From the NCBI GenBank assembly GCA_963663805.2, contig CAXXMR010000009.1, forward strand, positions 1 through 64,000: a DNA stretch of 64,000 nt, read 5' to 3'. The notes below the pieces were generated by a model. It made no database searches and had not been told where the DNA came from. It worked only from the letters and a program-made list of their open reading frames with translations. Shown in pieces: positions 1 to 11,257 of the stretch (position 1 is its first letter; the number at the start of each line of letters is the position of its first letter). The position numbers were made by a program, and so were the translations under genes. This DNA is from Sedimentisphaerales bacterium. Lineage in GTDB: Bacteria > Planctomycetota > Phycisphaerae > Sedimentisphaerales > SM23-30.

Positions 1-1248
1 CTTTACTGCGAACAGGTGCCGGTAGCTGATATTATAAAAGAAGTCGCAAGTCCCGCGTATATTTACAGCGCGGGTACTTTTCGGCATCACTATCAGTCGT
101 TGGCGAAAGCTTTTGCGGAACTGAATCCGCTGATTTGCTATTCGGTCAAGGGCTGCGGCAATATCAATATTCTGAAAATGCTGGCCGAGATGGGCAGTGG
201 TTTTGATGTGGTCAGCGGCGGCGAACTTTTTCGTGTCGCTCAGGCCGGCGGTGATACAACGGCGGTGGTCTATGCCGGCGCCGGCAAAACCGATGCTGAG
301 TTGCGGCAGGCCATTGGAGCCAACATTGCCTATTTCAATATAGAATCGGAAGCCGAGCTTGCCAATCTGATTCGGATTGCTTCGGAAATGGGGCAAACCG
401 TCAAGGCTGCTTTGCGGGTTAATCCCGATGTGGACCCCAAAACGCATAAGCACACCACTACCGGCAAGAAGGAAACCAAGTTTGGCGTGGACCTCGACCG
501 GGCAATGAATGTATTTGACGAGTTCGGCCATAACGAGCATGTCAAAGTATGTGCTATCCATCTGCATCTGGGCTCGCCGATTTACACGGTTGAACCTTAT
601 GTCGAGGGCATCACCAAGACGCTGGTTTTTATCGATGAACTTCGTCGTAAAGGTTATGCGGTTGAGGCCCTGGACATCGGCGGCGGGTTTGGTGCGGATT
701 ATACGCTGGGCCAGACGCCGGAGTTTAGCAAATACGCCGAGGCCATTGTGACTTTGCTCAAAGGCAAGGATCTCAAGCTCATAATCGAGCCCGGTCGGAG
801 TATTTCCGGTAATGCCGGGATTATGGTAACTAAGGTTCTGTATACCAAGCAGGGCGGTGAGAAGCGTTTTGCGATTGTGGATGCGGGCATGAATGATTTG
901 TTGCGTCCGCCGCTTTATGACGCGTTTCATTTTATCTGGCCGGTGAAGGTTGACCCCGCTTTTGTGGTGGAGTCTCGCCAGAATCCGGTGCCCAAGGATG
1001 GTCTTGTACGCGTGGATGTTGTCGGTCCTATTTGCGAAACCGGTGACTTTCTGGCCAAAGACCGCGAGCTGCCGCCGTTGAAGCGTGATGATTTATTGGC
1101 GGTTTTCACTGCTGGCGCCTATGGTTTTGCGATGAGCAGCCAGTACAATGCCCGACCGCGAGTTGCCGAGGTGCTGGTCGATGGTGATAGTTTCCGCGTG
1201 ATTCGCAAACGGGAAACCTACGAAGACCTGATTGCCTTGGAAAAATAG
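1..1248 (+). CDS. lysA: Diaminopimelate decarboxylase (5'-truncated by window edge)
   Basis: Motifs YSVK (PLP lysine), FDVVSGGE, KFG, HLHLGS, DIGGG, EPGR, VGPICETGD, GAYGFAMSSQYNARPR; frame is open from base 1. Confidence 0.95.
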   Translation, partial: LYCEQVPVADIIKEVASPAYIYSAGTFRHHYQSLAKAFAELNPLICYSVKGCGNINILKMLAEMGSGFDVVSGGELFRVAQAGGDTTAVVYAGAGKTDAELRQAIGANIAYFNIESEAELANLIRIASEMGQTVKAALRVNPDVDPKTHKHTTTGKKETKFGVDLDRAMNVFDEFGHNEHVKVCAIHLHLGSPIYTVEPYVEGITKTLVFIDELRRKGYAVEALDIGGGFGADYTLGQTPEFSKYAEAIVTLLKGKDLKLIIEPGRSISGNAGIMVTKVLYTKQGGEKRFAIVDAGMNDLLRPPLYDAFHFIWPVKVDPAFVVESRQNPVPKDGLVRVDVVGPICETGDFLAKDRELPPLKRDDLLAVFTAGAYGFAMSSQYNARPRVAEVLVDGDSFRVIRKRETYEDLIALEK

Positions 1249-1268
1249 CTTTACCAAATTGTTGATAC

Positions 1269-1313
1269 AAAAAAAGGTCCGCCAGCTGGAGAGCTTGCGG
1301 ACCTTTTTCTTTT
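1269..1313. terminator. Bidirectional intrinsic terminator between convergent lysA and MmgE/PrpD genes
   Basis: AAAAAGGTCCGC...GCGGACCTTTTT inverted repeat flanked by A- and T-tracts. Confidence 0.85.
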
Positions 1314-1327
1314 GGCGATTTTGTGTT

Positions 1328-2638
1328 TCACGTCAACATATCAAGCAAATCATCAGCAGAATATTTTTCGAGAGAACCTATCACCTTTTTGAGTTCTGCC
1401 CCACGATTCCGGCCTAAAGCAGGATAAACCAGCGAATCATATTTCTCTTCCAGCTCAGCATCACTTAACGGATTGTCGTAATCGCCGCGAGCACTCATGG
1501 TCGGGCTTTTAAGGATGCGGCCATCTTTTAAGGCGATAATAACCCGGCTCAGGCATTGACTGGGAAAATTCTCCTGAATGTCCGGGGCGACCGATGTTTT
1601 AATTTTATGGCCCAAATCAATGATGTCCCTATTTGTTAAATTCGCCGGAGAGACTTGCTCTACGCCCAGTTTTTCGGTGACCAGCATTGCGGCCACCGCC
1701 CAGGCGATATTGTATTGAGCATCATCCGAATTCAGCGGGGGATATTTCTTCCGGCCCAGCGAGGCACCTTCGGCAAACATTGCCACTTCTACGGATTCAA
1801 TATCGGTGTGGTTCAGGGTGTGTTTTTGTTGTAGATGCCGGACCCCCTCAACGGCTGGCTGAGCCCAGCGGCAGACAGGATATGGTTTGAAATACTGCTT
1901 CATTATGAGCCATTCATCAGCCAGCGATGACATTTGCTGTTGAGCGACAGGTTCGCTTGTGAAAATTGACGGTACTCCAGGCATCCCCACAGTAAACATT
2001 TCCAGGGCGGTCGCTGCGGCCCACGCTCCGGCGGCGGCACCATCCTTAACCGCGCCGGGATGGATAGTGCAACGCAGCATTGGGGACATCGGAGCGTAAT
2101 ATTCGGTAATTCCCAGAATCTCGTCAAATTTTTCCGCGGGTACATCCATAATGTACGCCGCCGCCGCTGCTGCGCCAAGTGCAGCCCAGGAACCTGATGA
2201 ATGATAAGCCGGTTCATATAAAGCGTGGACAGCCAATCCCGCGCGGCAGGCAATTTCATAACCTATCAGCAATGCGGTAATGAGTTTTTCGCCGCTCACT
2301 TTTCGCCCGGCGCAGGCCCCGATTGCTGCCGGCACGACAGTAGCGCCCGCATGGCCTTTGCATGGTCTGAATCCGTCGTGAAAGTCCAGAGAGTCGATTG
2401 CCAGAGCATTGTAAAAAGCCGCTCCCACAGCGGAACTTTCCCAGTCTTTGAACCACAAAGGCACAACGCCCTTGCCGTACTGTCGCCTGACCAGGGCTTC
2501 ACCCTGCGCAGAGGTTGGCAAAGACATCGCACCAGCCGCGGTCGCGATTATATCGCGCAGACAACGTTTGACCTGTTCTTTTACATCGTCAGGAATATCA
2601 TCACATTTGAGACGATACAAATAATTCAGACAGTCCAT
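1328..2638 (-). CDS. MmgE/PrpD family protein
   Basis: 436 aa; LDFHDG..GHAG, GYEI, HSSG, KPYPVCR, AQYNI, GDYDNPLS pattern of the family. Confidence 0.85.
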   Translation of the reverse strand: MDCLNYLYRLKCDDIPDDVKEQVKRCLRDIIATAAGAMSLPTSAQGEALVRRQYGKGVVPLWFKDWESSAVGAAFYNALAIDSLDFHDGFRPCKGHAGATVVPAAIGACAGRKVSGEKLITALLIGYEIACRAGLAVHALYEPAYHSSGSWAALGAAAAAAYIMDVPAEKFDEILGITEYYAPMSPMLRCTIHPGAVKDGAAAGAWAAATALEMFTVGMPGVPSIFTSEPVAQQQMSSLADEWLIMKQYFKPYPVCRWAQPAVEGVRHLQQKHTLNHTDIESVEVAMFAEGASLGRKKYPPLNSDDAQYNIAWAVAAMLVTEKLGVEQVSPANLTNRDIIDLGHKIKTSVAPDIQENFPSQCLSRVIIALKDGRILKSPTMSARGDYDNPLSDAELEEKYDSLVYPALGRNRGAELKKVIGSLEKYSADDLLDMLT

Positions 2639-2653
2639 AAAATGCTCAGGTTT

Positions 2654-3991
2654 TTATTTTTTATAGCCGGCCTTTTGCATTACCGCTTCATAACCATAAT
2701 AGGCCATGAGGTTGTCGAGAATGACCATAGCGGTGTAATTTTCGGCGACCGGCCAGATACGCCCGACGATAGTGGGGTCGCGGCGAGTAATAGCAGCCAG
2801 ATCGGTGTTCGTGAGCGTGTATTTGTCGATAGTGTTCTGCGGCTTGTCGATGGTGGGGGTGGGCTTCACTGCCAGTTTAACAACGATGGGCTGGCCCGTA
2901 CTCAAGCCACCGGTAATACCGCCAGCCTGATTCGAGCCGAAAACTACCTTGCCGTCTTTATTGCTCATATTATCGTTAGACTGAATGCCGGTCATATCCT
3001 TAACCGCGAATCCGGCACCGATCTCCACGCCCTTAACAGCACCAATTCCGCACATGGCACCAAGTTCGCCATCGAGCTTATGGAAAACCGGTTCGCCCAG
3101 CCCCGCCGGAGCGCCCAACACGACAACTTCAACTATCCCGCCGGAAGAATCGCCGGTCTTGGTGATAGCGTTGCACGCGTCGACCATTTCCTGAGCAGCC
3201 TTGAGGTCGGGGCAGTTGAGAATGTGATGGATGCCGTATTTGTTTTGGATTTCGTTTGGTTTTATGGGTGGGGCTTTGGCACGAATCGCGTCGATTTCGG
3301 TCTCGATTTGTCCGAAGATACGGGTTTTTTCGAGGAACCTCATTTCGGGGTTGATACGTCCTTTGACGTAGATTTCCTGATAGAACGGGTCGTAGTCGTG
3401 TCTCATTTTTTTGTAGGCTTCGGTCGATTCGAAGGCTTTTTGATGGTCAATCTCGTCGCAGCGAATTCCGGCGGCCTCGCGGATATAAGAAAAAACCCGA
3501 ATGCCGCATTCTTTGAGTATTTTCTTGGCGACATAACCGGCGCCAACGATGGTGGAAGTGTAGCGTCCACTGAAAAATCCTGCCCCGATAGCATCGTCGT
3601 CCGGTCCATATTTCATAAATGATGCGTATGAAGCGTGGCCGGGCCGGGGGGTGCGGTTAGTGTCCTGATATTGCTTTATATGGATGAAATGGCGGTCGAG
3701 GTTGGGAATCAGTATGGTCAGGGGCGTTCCGTTAGTGTGATTTTTGTTGTCAGCACCTTCGACGGTGTCGGCGGCATTGACTCCGGTATAGATAATGGGC
3801 AGGTCCGGTTCTTTTCGGGGGCTGGAAAGCTCGTCGGCACCGGGCTTGCGCAAAAGCAGGTCTCCATAGATTTCCTGTTCGGTCAGCATCAGGCCCGGGC
3901 GTACCCCTTGCAGTACCGCCGTGAGGCCGTCCTGATAAGAACCGCCGGCGACAGTAACCTGGAAATTACGTCCAAAGTGACAGCCAATCAT
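2654..3991 (-). CDS. aroC: Chorismate synthase-like protein (divergent AroC, 445 aa with insertion)
   Basis: RPGHA, GLGEPVF.KLD, AVKGVEIG, SNQAGGITGGLSTG, KPTPTI, RRDP; several canonical motifs are altered (see findings). Confidence 0.7.
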   Translation of the reverse strand: MIGCHFGRNFQVTVAGGSYQDGLTAVLQGVRPGLMLTEQEIYGDLLLRKPGADELSSPRKEPDLPIIYTGVNAADTVEGADNKNHTNGTPLTILIPNLDRHFIHIKQYQDTNRTPRPGHASYASFMKYGPDDDAIGAGFFSGRYTSTIVGAGYVAKKILKECGIRVFSYIREAAGIRCDEIDHQKAFESTEAYKKMRHDYDPFYQEIYVKGRINPEMRFLEKTRIFGQIETEIDAIRAKAPPIKPNEIQNKYGIHHILNCPDLKAAQEMVDACNAITKTGDSSGGIVEVVVLGAPAGLGEPVFHKLDGELGAMCGIGAVKGVEIGAGFAVKDMTGIQSNDNMSNKDGKVVFGSNQAGGITGGLSTGQPIVVKLAVKPTPTIDKPQNTIDKYTLTNTDLAAITRRDPTIVGRIWPVAENYTAMVILDNLMAYYGYEAVMQKAGYKK

Positions 3992-4348
3992 TTACATATC
4001 TCCTTAATCTTTCGTGGTTTACGTTGCGCAGTGGCAACTGTCTAAAATAAACCGAATCTGTATGGTAGCATATAAAAGCTGTTGGTTCACGGAAAAAATT
4101 TTGGCTGTATACGCAGAGTGCATCAGGCGGGCAGGTGGTTGGGATTCTGCCGCTAGCGGCGGGGCCAAATGGTGTGTAAGTGCTTATTTTTCGTTGGCGG
4201 AATTGCGGTGGTGGTGGGCGCACCGAAACGCGGTGAAAAGTCCGCGCAAACAGGCCTGGAAGGTCGATTTTTGATGATTTTTTACGTTTTTTTACGGGAA
4301 AAAACGTGTTTTTTTATTTTTTATTACCTTTTATGGATTTTCAGGGCA

Positions 4349-4732
4349 TTATTCAGACAGGGCTATGGCAGAGGCGATGGCCAGGTTTTGGGTATGGGTG
4401 ATGCTGAGGCTGATTTTGGTGATTTTGAGCTTTTTGGCGAGTTGGGCGGTTTGGCCGGTTAATTTTACCGAAGGTTTGCCGGCCAGGTCGTTGACCGTTT
4501 CGATGTCGGTCCAGGCGATGCCGCCGCGCCAGCCGGTGCCCAAGATTTTCATGACCGCTTCTTTGACGGCGAATCTGCCGGCCAGTCGCACGATTTTATC
4601 CTTACCGCGCAGGCAGTCTTTTTGCTCGTGCGGAGTGAAAACCCGGTCGAGGAAATGCTTGTCGTGTTTGCTGAGCATTTGCTCTATGCGTTGGCACTCT
4701 ACCAGGTCAATGCCGTGACTTACGATATTCAT
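4349..4732 (-). CDS. acpS: Holo-[acyl-carrier-protein] synthase
   Basis: HGIDLVE, LAGRFAVKEAVMK, GKP, LSITH; start ATG overlaps the upstream stop (TAATG). Confidence 0.92.
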   Translation of the reverse strand: MNIVSHGIDLVECQRIEQMLSKHDKHFLDRVFTPHEQKDCLRGKDKIVRLAGRFAVKEAVMKILGTGWRGGIAWTDIETVNDLAGKPSVKLTGQTAQLAKKLKITKISLSITHTQNLAIASAIALSE

Positions 4733-6240
4733 TAGTCCAACACTCTTTCCAGGCACCACCAGCCCAGCCCGGCCAGCGGCAGGGCAATTATTATTGCCAG
4801 CTTAACCATAATAATCAAACGTTGATATTTTTTGACCGCGCCGTCTTTGATCGAAAGTTCTCTCAGGAACTCAGCCCGCGAAGCGATGCTGGAATGTCGC
4901 CAGCTTCGAGCGGTCGGCGTCATTCCGTTGAGGAAGGCTATGCGGTGCAAGGCCTGCCCCATCATTAACGCCCCGTGTGGTCCGAGTCGGTTGTGGTCCA
5001 ATTGCTGGTCGTTGGCGGCAGCGGCATTGAGGCATTGGGCGGCGTGGAGGTCTGCCTGTCGTTCAAAGCGGCGACTCACCCATCCGAACAGGGAAAATCC
5101 ACCTGCCGCGGTTAAGGCGACAATCAGCCAGCCGGAAGCCTCCCCGCACCATTGGGGCAATGACCAGATTTCGCATAGATGGTTAATCGCTTTGAGTGAA
5201 ATTTCCATGAGCAGGGCGGCGATGCTGCCCATACCCATAATCATCAGCACCATGAAAGCGATGTGATGGTTTTTGACATGGCCGGCTTCGTGGGCGAAAA
5301 CCCCTTCGATGTGGTTGTCGGGCATGTTTTCGATAAGCGCGTCGCTGAGCAGTACAAATCGCACCTGGGGTATGACACCCATGACGGCGGCATTGGTCAC
5401 TGCCGAATAGGTATCCCAGAGAAGTATATCGCGGTGTTTGAGTTTTATTTTGCGGCAGAATTCTTCCAGCTTTTCCCGCAGGGGTCCGATGGGCAGGGGT
5501 CGGGTTTTCCATATCGCCCGCAGCATGAGCGGTGCCATTACGAAAACCAGTACGGTTCCGATACCGGAAATAGCGTTGCCGATAAACATCGTTCGGTCAT
5601 ATTCACTGTCGGACATAAGTGAAAAGTCATACATCCTTTCCAGCATCAGGAAAACCAGGTCTTTGATGCCCATGATAATCAGCAGAGGGATGAGTATAAT
5701 CAGCAGATGCCCTCTGAGGTTGAAAATCATATATTCTTGGAGCGACCAGACCGGTCGGGCCGAGAGCCCTTCGGTCAGGTAAGATGTGATTACCGATTCG
5801 CGGATGAAACGATTGACCGGATAGGAGGCCCGCAGCGAGATTGTCAGCATGATAACCAGAGGTAAAAGCAACATGACTTCGTCGGCGAGGACATAATCCT
5901 GGAGCTGCCACTGGATAATCACCATGCGGGTCCAGCCGGCGGCGGTGAGAAAAATCATGTAGGTGGCCAGTAATATCGTTTGATTTATAATGCTGGTCCG
6001 GGCGGACATACGATAGTCGATTCGCCCAAGTTTCTGCTGTATTTCGAGCCGCCTGAGCAGAAGCGATGTCGACAGGCAAGACAGGGACCAATACCCAATC
6101 AGTATTCCTGCCATCAGAACCAGGCTCCGGGGCGTATCCAGAGTTCCCAGCCATGATGGCAGTTGTTGTTCGAAGACCTCGCCGGCGCTTTCGGCGCTGA
6201 GCAGGGCCATGAATACCGCGATGATAATGACTAATTGCAT
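4732..6240 (-). CDS. M48 family membrane zinc metallopeptidase (Ste24/HtpX-like)
   Basis: Multiple TM segments, NAAVMG, HEAGH, ERQAD, HSSIASR. Confidence 0.88.
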   Translation of the reverse strand: MQLVIIIAVFMALLSAESAGEVFEQQLPSWLGTLDTPRSLVLMAGILIGYWSLSCLSTSLLLRRLEIQQKLGRIDYRMSARTSIINQTILLATYMIFLTAAGWTRMVIIQWQLQDYVLADEVMLLLPLVIMLTISLRASYPVNRFIRESVITSYLTEGLSARPVWSLQEYMIFNLRGHLLIILIPLLIIMGIKDLVFLMLERMYDFSLMSDSEYDRTMFIGNAISGIGTVLVFVMAPLMLRAIWKTRPLPIGPLREKLEEFCRKIKLKHRDILLWDTYSAVTNAAVMGVIPQVRFVLLSDALIENMPDNHIEGVFAHEAGHVKNHHIAFMVLMIMGMGSIAALLMEISLKAINHLCEIWSLPQWCGEASGWLIVALTAAGGFSLFGWVSRRFERQADLHAAQCLNAAAANDQQLDHNRLGPHGALMMGQALHRIAFLNGMTPTARSWRHSSIASRAEFLRELSIKDGAVKKYQRLIIMVKLAIIIALPLAGLGWWCLERVLD

Positions 6241-6350
6241 GATTTACCGGTCTATACCGTTGGCTTTTCATCCTTATTGGTATAAATAAACCCACCGTTG
6301 TTTAAGCGATGGGTTTATGGTTTATTTAACGCTTATTGAATCGTATCGGT

Positions 6351-7145
6351 CTAATCCCGCAACTCAGAACTCAGCCGGTCAATTCTTTTGCGGGCATATT
6401 CAACATTGTCAGGAAACGCGGCTTCGGTTTCGATAACCTTTTCGTAAAGCTCAATTGCCCGAACTTTATCATGAAGATTATGGTCGTAAATTCGAGCCAT
6501 GGCAGTCGCGACTGGCCAGGGAGTTTGGGGGTCCCATTGCCAGACGCGTTCAAAATATTTCAGTGACGTGGCATAATCTTTGATATAGCGGCTGTAGAGG
6601 TCTCCGATTTGGAAGGCGGCATCGTCAATTTTATCGCTGGTGGGATAGGTCTGGATGACCATATTGAACTGGTCTATGGCTTTGTAGACCATATCCTTGC
6701 GGACGGTAAGCTGGTCCAGCTCCCCCAGGCCGGCGAGCTCACCCTGCGCAGCTTTTTTCATAGCCTGGGCTTCTTCGTAGACCATGTCGGCATCGGGGAT
6801 ACTGTTTGCGGCCTGGAGGTTAGGCCCGGCGATTTCAGCCGCGGCGATATAGGTGCGTCGGGGACCAGCCAGGAAATGGTTGATTTCTTCTTCAGCCCAT
6901 ATGGTTTTGAGATGATTTCCCTGTTTGTCGTAGAAGTCACGCATCCGCATGAGCTGTTGGTAATAGTGGTCCCGATACAGGGCCATCTGCTCCACGAGCT
7001 GTACTTCCTGCCGGCGAGCGTTGTCGGCGACACGGATATTTTCGATGGGGTCGGGCAGGGGGGCCTTACGGTAATTTTGTTTGCAGCCGAGCAAAATTGC
7101 CGCCAGACATACCAGAGATAACGCCGCTTTTGGGTAAAAACTCAT
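6351..7145 (-). CDS. TPR-containing lipoprotein (BamD-like)
   Basis: Lipobox LLGC; TPR-like segments YPTSDKIDDAAFQIG and AIELYEKVI. Confidence 0.65.
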   Translation of the reverse strand: MSFYPKAALSLVCLAAILLGCKQNYRKAPLPDPIENIRVADNARRQEVQLVEQMALYRDHYYQQLMRMRDFYDKQGNHLKTIWAEEEINHFLAGPRRTYIAAAEIAGPNLQAANSIPDADMVYEEAQAMKKAAQGELAGLGELDQLTVRKDMVYKAIDQFNMVIQTYPTSDKIDDAAFQIGDLYSRYIKDYATSLKYFERVWQWDPQTPWPVATAMARIYDHNLHDKVRAIELYEKVIETEAAFPDNVEYARKRIDRLSSELRD

Positions 7146-7268
7146 CGCTGTACTCCTATCTACAAGTAGTATAGAAAGTTATTTTGTTGCCTTTTGCTAT
7201 ATACCATTCTGTTATTCAACCTGCCGCAGTGATTTATGTCAAGGAAAACCACCAGCCATTGCGGTATT

Positions 7269-8936
7269 TTACCATTTCAGCACCGCGCCGGTGTCGGCTG
7301 ACTGTGCCATAGCTGCGTATTTGCCCAGAGCCCCGTGTTTGATACGCGGCTCGCGTGGTTTCCATTCCTGCCGCCGCTGTTCGAGTTCGGCATCGGTCAA
7401 CTTAACAGCCAGTTTGTTGTTTGGGATGTCAATTTCGATAATATCGCCGTCCTTGAGCAGTCCGATGGGTCCTCCCGCAGCCGCTTCCGGGCTGATATGC
7501 CCGATGCAGGCTCCGCGGGTTCCTCCGCTGAATCTGCCGTCGGTAATCAGTGCCACGCTCTGGCCCAGTCCGGCCCCCATGATATAGCTGGTGGGGCTGA
7601 GCATTTCCTGCATGCCCGGTCCGCCGCGTGGCCCTTCGTAGCGAATTACCACAACGTCACCTTTTTTGACCTTGTCGGCGAGAATTCCCTGGCAGGCTTC
7701 TTCCTGGCTGTCGAAAATTACCGCTGGGCCGCTGTGCGTCAGCATGGCCTTGGCTACGCCGGCGCTTTTGACGACCGAACCATTAGGGGCCAGATTGCCG
7801 CTCAGGATTGCCAGGCCGCCCTTAGTTGAATAGGCGTTGTCGAGGGTGCGGATACATTTGGTGTCCTTGATTTCGGCAGCAGCGATATTTTCGCCGATGG
7901 TCTTTCCGGTGACGGATTTGCATTTCAGATTAAGCAGTCCGTCAATCTGGGAAATTTCCTTGAGAATAGCACTTATACCGCCGGCATTGTCCACATCCTG
8001 CATGTGATAATCGCTGGAAGGTGATACTTTGCAGATATTGGGGCATTTTTGAGCGATTCCATTGATACGGTCCAGGCCGTAGGCTATTTCCGCTGCGTCG
8101 GCGACCGCCAGGCTATGCAATACTGTATTGGTGGAACCGCCCATCGCCACATCCAGTGCCAGAGCGTTATCGAGGGCCTCGATCGTAACAATGTCACGCG
8201 GCTTGAGGTCGGCTTCGATGAGTTTGAAAATCTGCTGAGCCGCCTTGGTGTAGAGTTCCTTGCGTCGGGGGTCAACCGCTGGAATCGAACCATTGCCGGG
8301 CAAGGCCAGGCCAATCGCTTCACAAAGGCAGTTCATGCTGTTTGCGGTGAACATGCCGGAACAACTTCCGCAGGTGGGACAGCCATTGTCTTCCAGTTCC
8401 TTGAGTTCGGATTCGTTTATGTGGCCTTTGTTATATTCGGCTACACCTTCAAATACACTGATAAGGTCAACGGTTTTTCCGGACGGTGTTTTGCCGGCCA
8501 GCATCGGGCCGCCGGACGCGAAGATGGTTGGGATGTTCAGCCTCAAAGCGGCCATCATCATACCGGGGATAATTTTATCGCAATTCGGTATGCAGATAAG
8601 CCCGTCGAAACAGTGGGCCCGCACCACACATTCGACTGAATCGGCGATTACCTCTCGGCTGGCGAGCGAGTATTTCATGCCGGTATGGCCCATGGCGATG
8701 CCGTCACAAATGCCAATGGTGTTGAACATGAACGGTACACCGCCGGCTGCACGTACCGCGTCCTTGATGAATTTGCCTACCTCATCCAGATGTGTATGGC
8801 CGGGGATAATATCAATATAGCTGTTGGCGATGGCTATAAAAGGCTTGCCCATATCCGCGTCGGTAACTCCGCAGGCCTTGAGTAAGCTACGGTGGGGGGC
8901 TCTTTCAAATCCTTTTTTTACTGCGTCTGACCTCAT
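7269..8936 (-). CDS. ilvD: Dihydroxy-acid dehydratase
   Basis: [63 protein letters not shown]. Confidence 0.97.
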   Translation of the reverse strand: MRSDAVKKGFERAPHRSLLKACGVTDADMGKPFIAIANSYIDIIPGHTHLDEVGKFIKDAVRAAGGVPFMFNTIGICDGIAMGHTGMKYSLASREVIADSVECVVRAHCFDGLICIPNCDKIIPGMMMAALRLNIPTIFASGGPMLAGKTPSGKTVDLISVFEGVAEYNKGHINESELKELEDNGCPTCGSCSGMFTANSMNCLCEAIGLALPGNGSIPAVDPRRKELYTKAAQQIFKLIEADLKPRDIVTIEALDNALALDVAMGGSTNTVLHSLAVADAAEIAYGLDRINGIAQKCPNICKVSPSSDYHMQDVDNAGGISAILKEISQIDGLLNLKCKSVTGKTIGENIAAAEIKDTKCIRTLDNAYSTKGGLAILSGNLAPNGSVVKSAGVAKAMLTHSGPAVIFDSQEEACQGILADKVKKGDVVVIRYEGPRGGPGMQEMLSPTSYIMGAGLGQSVALITDGRFSGGTRGACIGHISPEAAAGGPIGLLKDGDIIEIDIPNNKLAVKLTDAELEQRRQEWKPREPRIKHGALGKYAAMAQSADTGAVLKW

Positions 8937-9319
8937 GTTAAACTCCTGATAATAAACAAGTTCTGTCGGTCAATATTAATCTTTGGCACCGGAATTATAA
9001 CCCCGTTTGGAGCCCTGGTCACGGATAAAATTTACGTAAAACATTTGATGTACAAGAAGTAAACACCGGAATTGTTAATAATTGCACTGGGCAAATTATG
9101 GAGAAATTATTAAGCTGAATAATCGCTATAACAATGAGGCCTGGGTCGGATTTATTAAATTTTAATATAGAAATATATAATCTGAGATAGTATAATTTTA
9201 GTAAAATAAAGGTTTTGTGAGTGTTTGGTATTATAGCTAGGAAGTTTAGGTCGGCATAGTTCTGTTTTTGTGCGAATGAGTCATGGCGTTTTGTTCCGTT
9301 TTTTCTGAAAGGCTGTTAA

Positions 9320-11248
9320 ATGTCAAAAATACTGCGGCAGATAGATTTGCAGAATGTTGAAATAGAAGACAAATTCTGGTCAGGCAGGCTGGAAACCAAT
9401 ATAAACGTTACTATTCCTTTTGAGTATAAGCAATGCAAGCGGACCGGGCGTCTTGACGCTTTGAAGCTGGACTGGAAAGAAGGGGGCAAGAATAAGCCTC
9501 ATATTTACTGGGATTCGGACACCGCCAAATGGATAGAGGCCGCGGCTTATTCGCTGGTTGTAAAAAAGGACTGTTCGCTCGAGCGCAAAGTTGACGGCGT
9601 GATTGATTTGATTGCCTCGGCCCAGCAGTCAGATGGCTATCTCAATTCGTATTTCACGACGGTCGCACCTCAGAAGCGTTTTAAGAATCTCCGGGACGGT
9701 CATGAACTTTATTGTGCCGGTCATCTGATTGAGGCCGCGGTCGCTTATTATAATGCCACAGGCAAAGATAAATTTTTGAATGTTATGTGCCGCTATGCTG
9801 ATTATCTCACCGAGGTTTTTGGTTCAGGCAGAGGTCAGATGAAAGGTTATCCGGGTCATCAGGTGATAGAGATGGCTTTGGTTAAGCTGTATAAGGTTAC
9901 GGCCAATGGAAAATATTTACAGCTTGCCAAATTCTTTGTTGATCAGCGGGGCAATTCGCCGGTCTGGTTTGAGCAGGAGAGACTGGGGGGTAATTTTGAG
10001 AGGTTCAATTCTGACAAGCATTATGTCGAGGATTTCAGTTATAATCAGGCCCATAAGCCTGTTCGTCAGCAGGACAAAGCCGACGGGCACGCGGTTCGGG
10101 CCTGTTATATGTACTCCGGCATGGCTGATGTTGCTGCTGAAACAAACGACCGGGATTTAATACGCGTCTGCCGGAAAATATGGGACAGTATCACCATCGC
10201 TCGAATGTATGTGACCGGCGGGGTGGGGTCGGCGTATTATTCGGAACGGTTTTCATTTGATGGTGATTTGCCCAACGAAACCGCGTACAGCGAAACTTGT
10301 GCGTCTATTGCTTTGATTTTCTTTGCTCAGAGAATGTTCAATATAGACAAGGACAGCCGTTATATCGATGTGCTGGAAAAGGCACTTTATAATACCGTTT
10401 GCGGCAGTGTGAGTTTTGACGGTATGCATTTCTTTTACGCTAATCCTCTGGAGGAATACCCTCCGGCTCGTGAATACCGGGGCAAATATGAAAACGAGAA
10501 TCATGTTCAGTCGGTGCGTCAGGAGTGGTACGATACCGCTTGCTGTCCGCCCAATATTGCTCGTTTGCTGGCGTCGCTGGGAAATTATGTTTACGCTCAC
10601 AGCGGCAAAGATATTTATGTGAATTTGTATATTGGCTCAAAGGCTGATTTCGAGATTGGTTCAACGCATATCAGTTTGCATCAAAAGACAAACTATCCTT
10701 ACGAAGGCAAAGTTGTATTCAATGCCAAAGTCTCAGAGCCTGTCAAATCCACCATTGCTTTTCGTCTGCCGGAATGGTGCCCGCGGGCGACTATGAAAAT
10801 CAATGCCAAATCTGTAAACATCAAAGAATGTACGACTAAGGGTTATATTCGCGTCAGTCGCTTATGGCAGAATAATGACAAAGTTGAGCTTGTTTTTGAT
10901 ATGCCGGTTCGTAAAGTTTATGCCAATTCGATTGTGAGGCAGGATGCCGGTCGTTTTGCGATTCAGAGAGGTCCGCTGATTTACTGTATAGAGTCGGTTG
11001 ATAACGGTAAATTTCTGAGCAATATCGCTGTGGACAAAAATACGAAATTCACAGTCGCTAATAAGCGTATTCTGGGCCAAGCTATTTCAGTGATAAATTT
11101 TAGCGGCAAACGCCGTATAGATTCCGGGAAAAAACTTTATGTTTATGACAGTATAAAGGAGAAAAAAGTTTGTTTGCGGGCAATTCCATTTTATCTGCGT
11201 GCTAATCGCGGTCTGGCAGAGATGATGGTTTGGCTGCGTGAATGCTAA
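9320..11248 (+). CDS. Glycoside hydrolase family 127 (beta-L-arabinofuranosidase-like)
   Basis: DSDTAKWIEAAA, HELYCAGHLIEA, GHAVR, YSETCAS, CCPPNIAR, QRGPLIYCIE. Confidence 0.92.
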   Translation: MSKILRQIDLQNVEIEDKFWSGRLETNINVTIPFEYKQCKRTGRLDALKLDWKEGGKNKPHIYWDSDTAKWIEAAAYSLVVKKDCSLERKVDGVIDLIASAQQSDGYLNSYFTTVAPQKRFKNLRDGHELYCAGHLIEAAVAYYNATGKDKFLNVMCRYADYLTEVFGSGRGQMKGYPGHQVIEMALVKLYKVTANGKYLQLAKFFVDQRGNSPVWFEQERLGGNFERFNSDKHYVEDFSYNQAHKPVRQQDKADGHAVRACYMYSGMADVAAETNDRDLIRVCRKIWDSITIARMYVTGGVGSAYYSERFSFDGDLPNETAYSETCASIALIFFAQRMFNIDKDSRYIDVLEKALYNTVCGSVSFDGMHFFYANPLEEYPPAREYRGKYENENHVQSVRQEWYDTACCPPNIARLLASLGNYVYAHSGKDIYVNLYIGSKADFEIGSTHISLHQKTNYPYEGKVVFNAKVSEPVKSTIAFRLPEWCPRATMKINAKSVNIKECTTKGYIRVSRLWQNNDKVELVFDMPVRKVYANSIVRQDAGRFAIQRGPLIYCIESVDNGKFLSNIAVDKNTKFTVANKRILGQAISVINFSGKRRIDSGKKLYVYDSIKEKKVCLRAIPFYLRANRGLAEMMVWLREC

Positions 11249-11257
11249 TCTGAGGCG

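Noticed and set aside
2225..3622. 465-aa plus-strand ORF
   Set aside because: Antisense shadow of the aroC-like and MmgE/PrpD genes; no recognisable motifs
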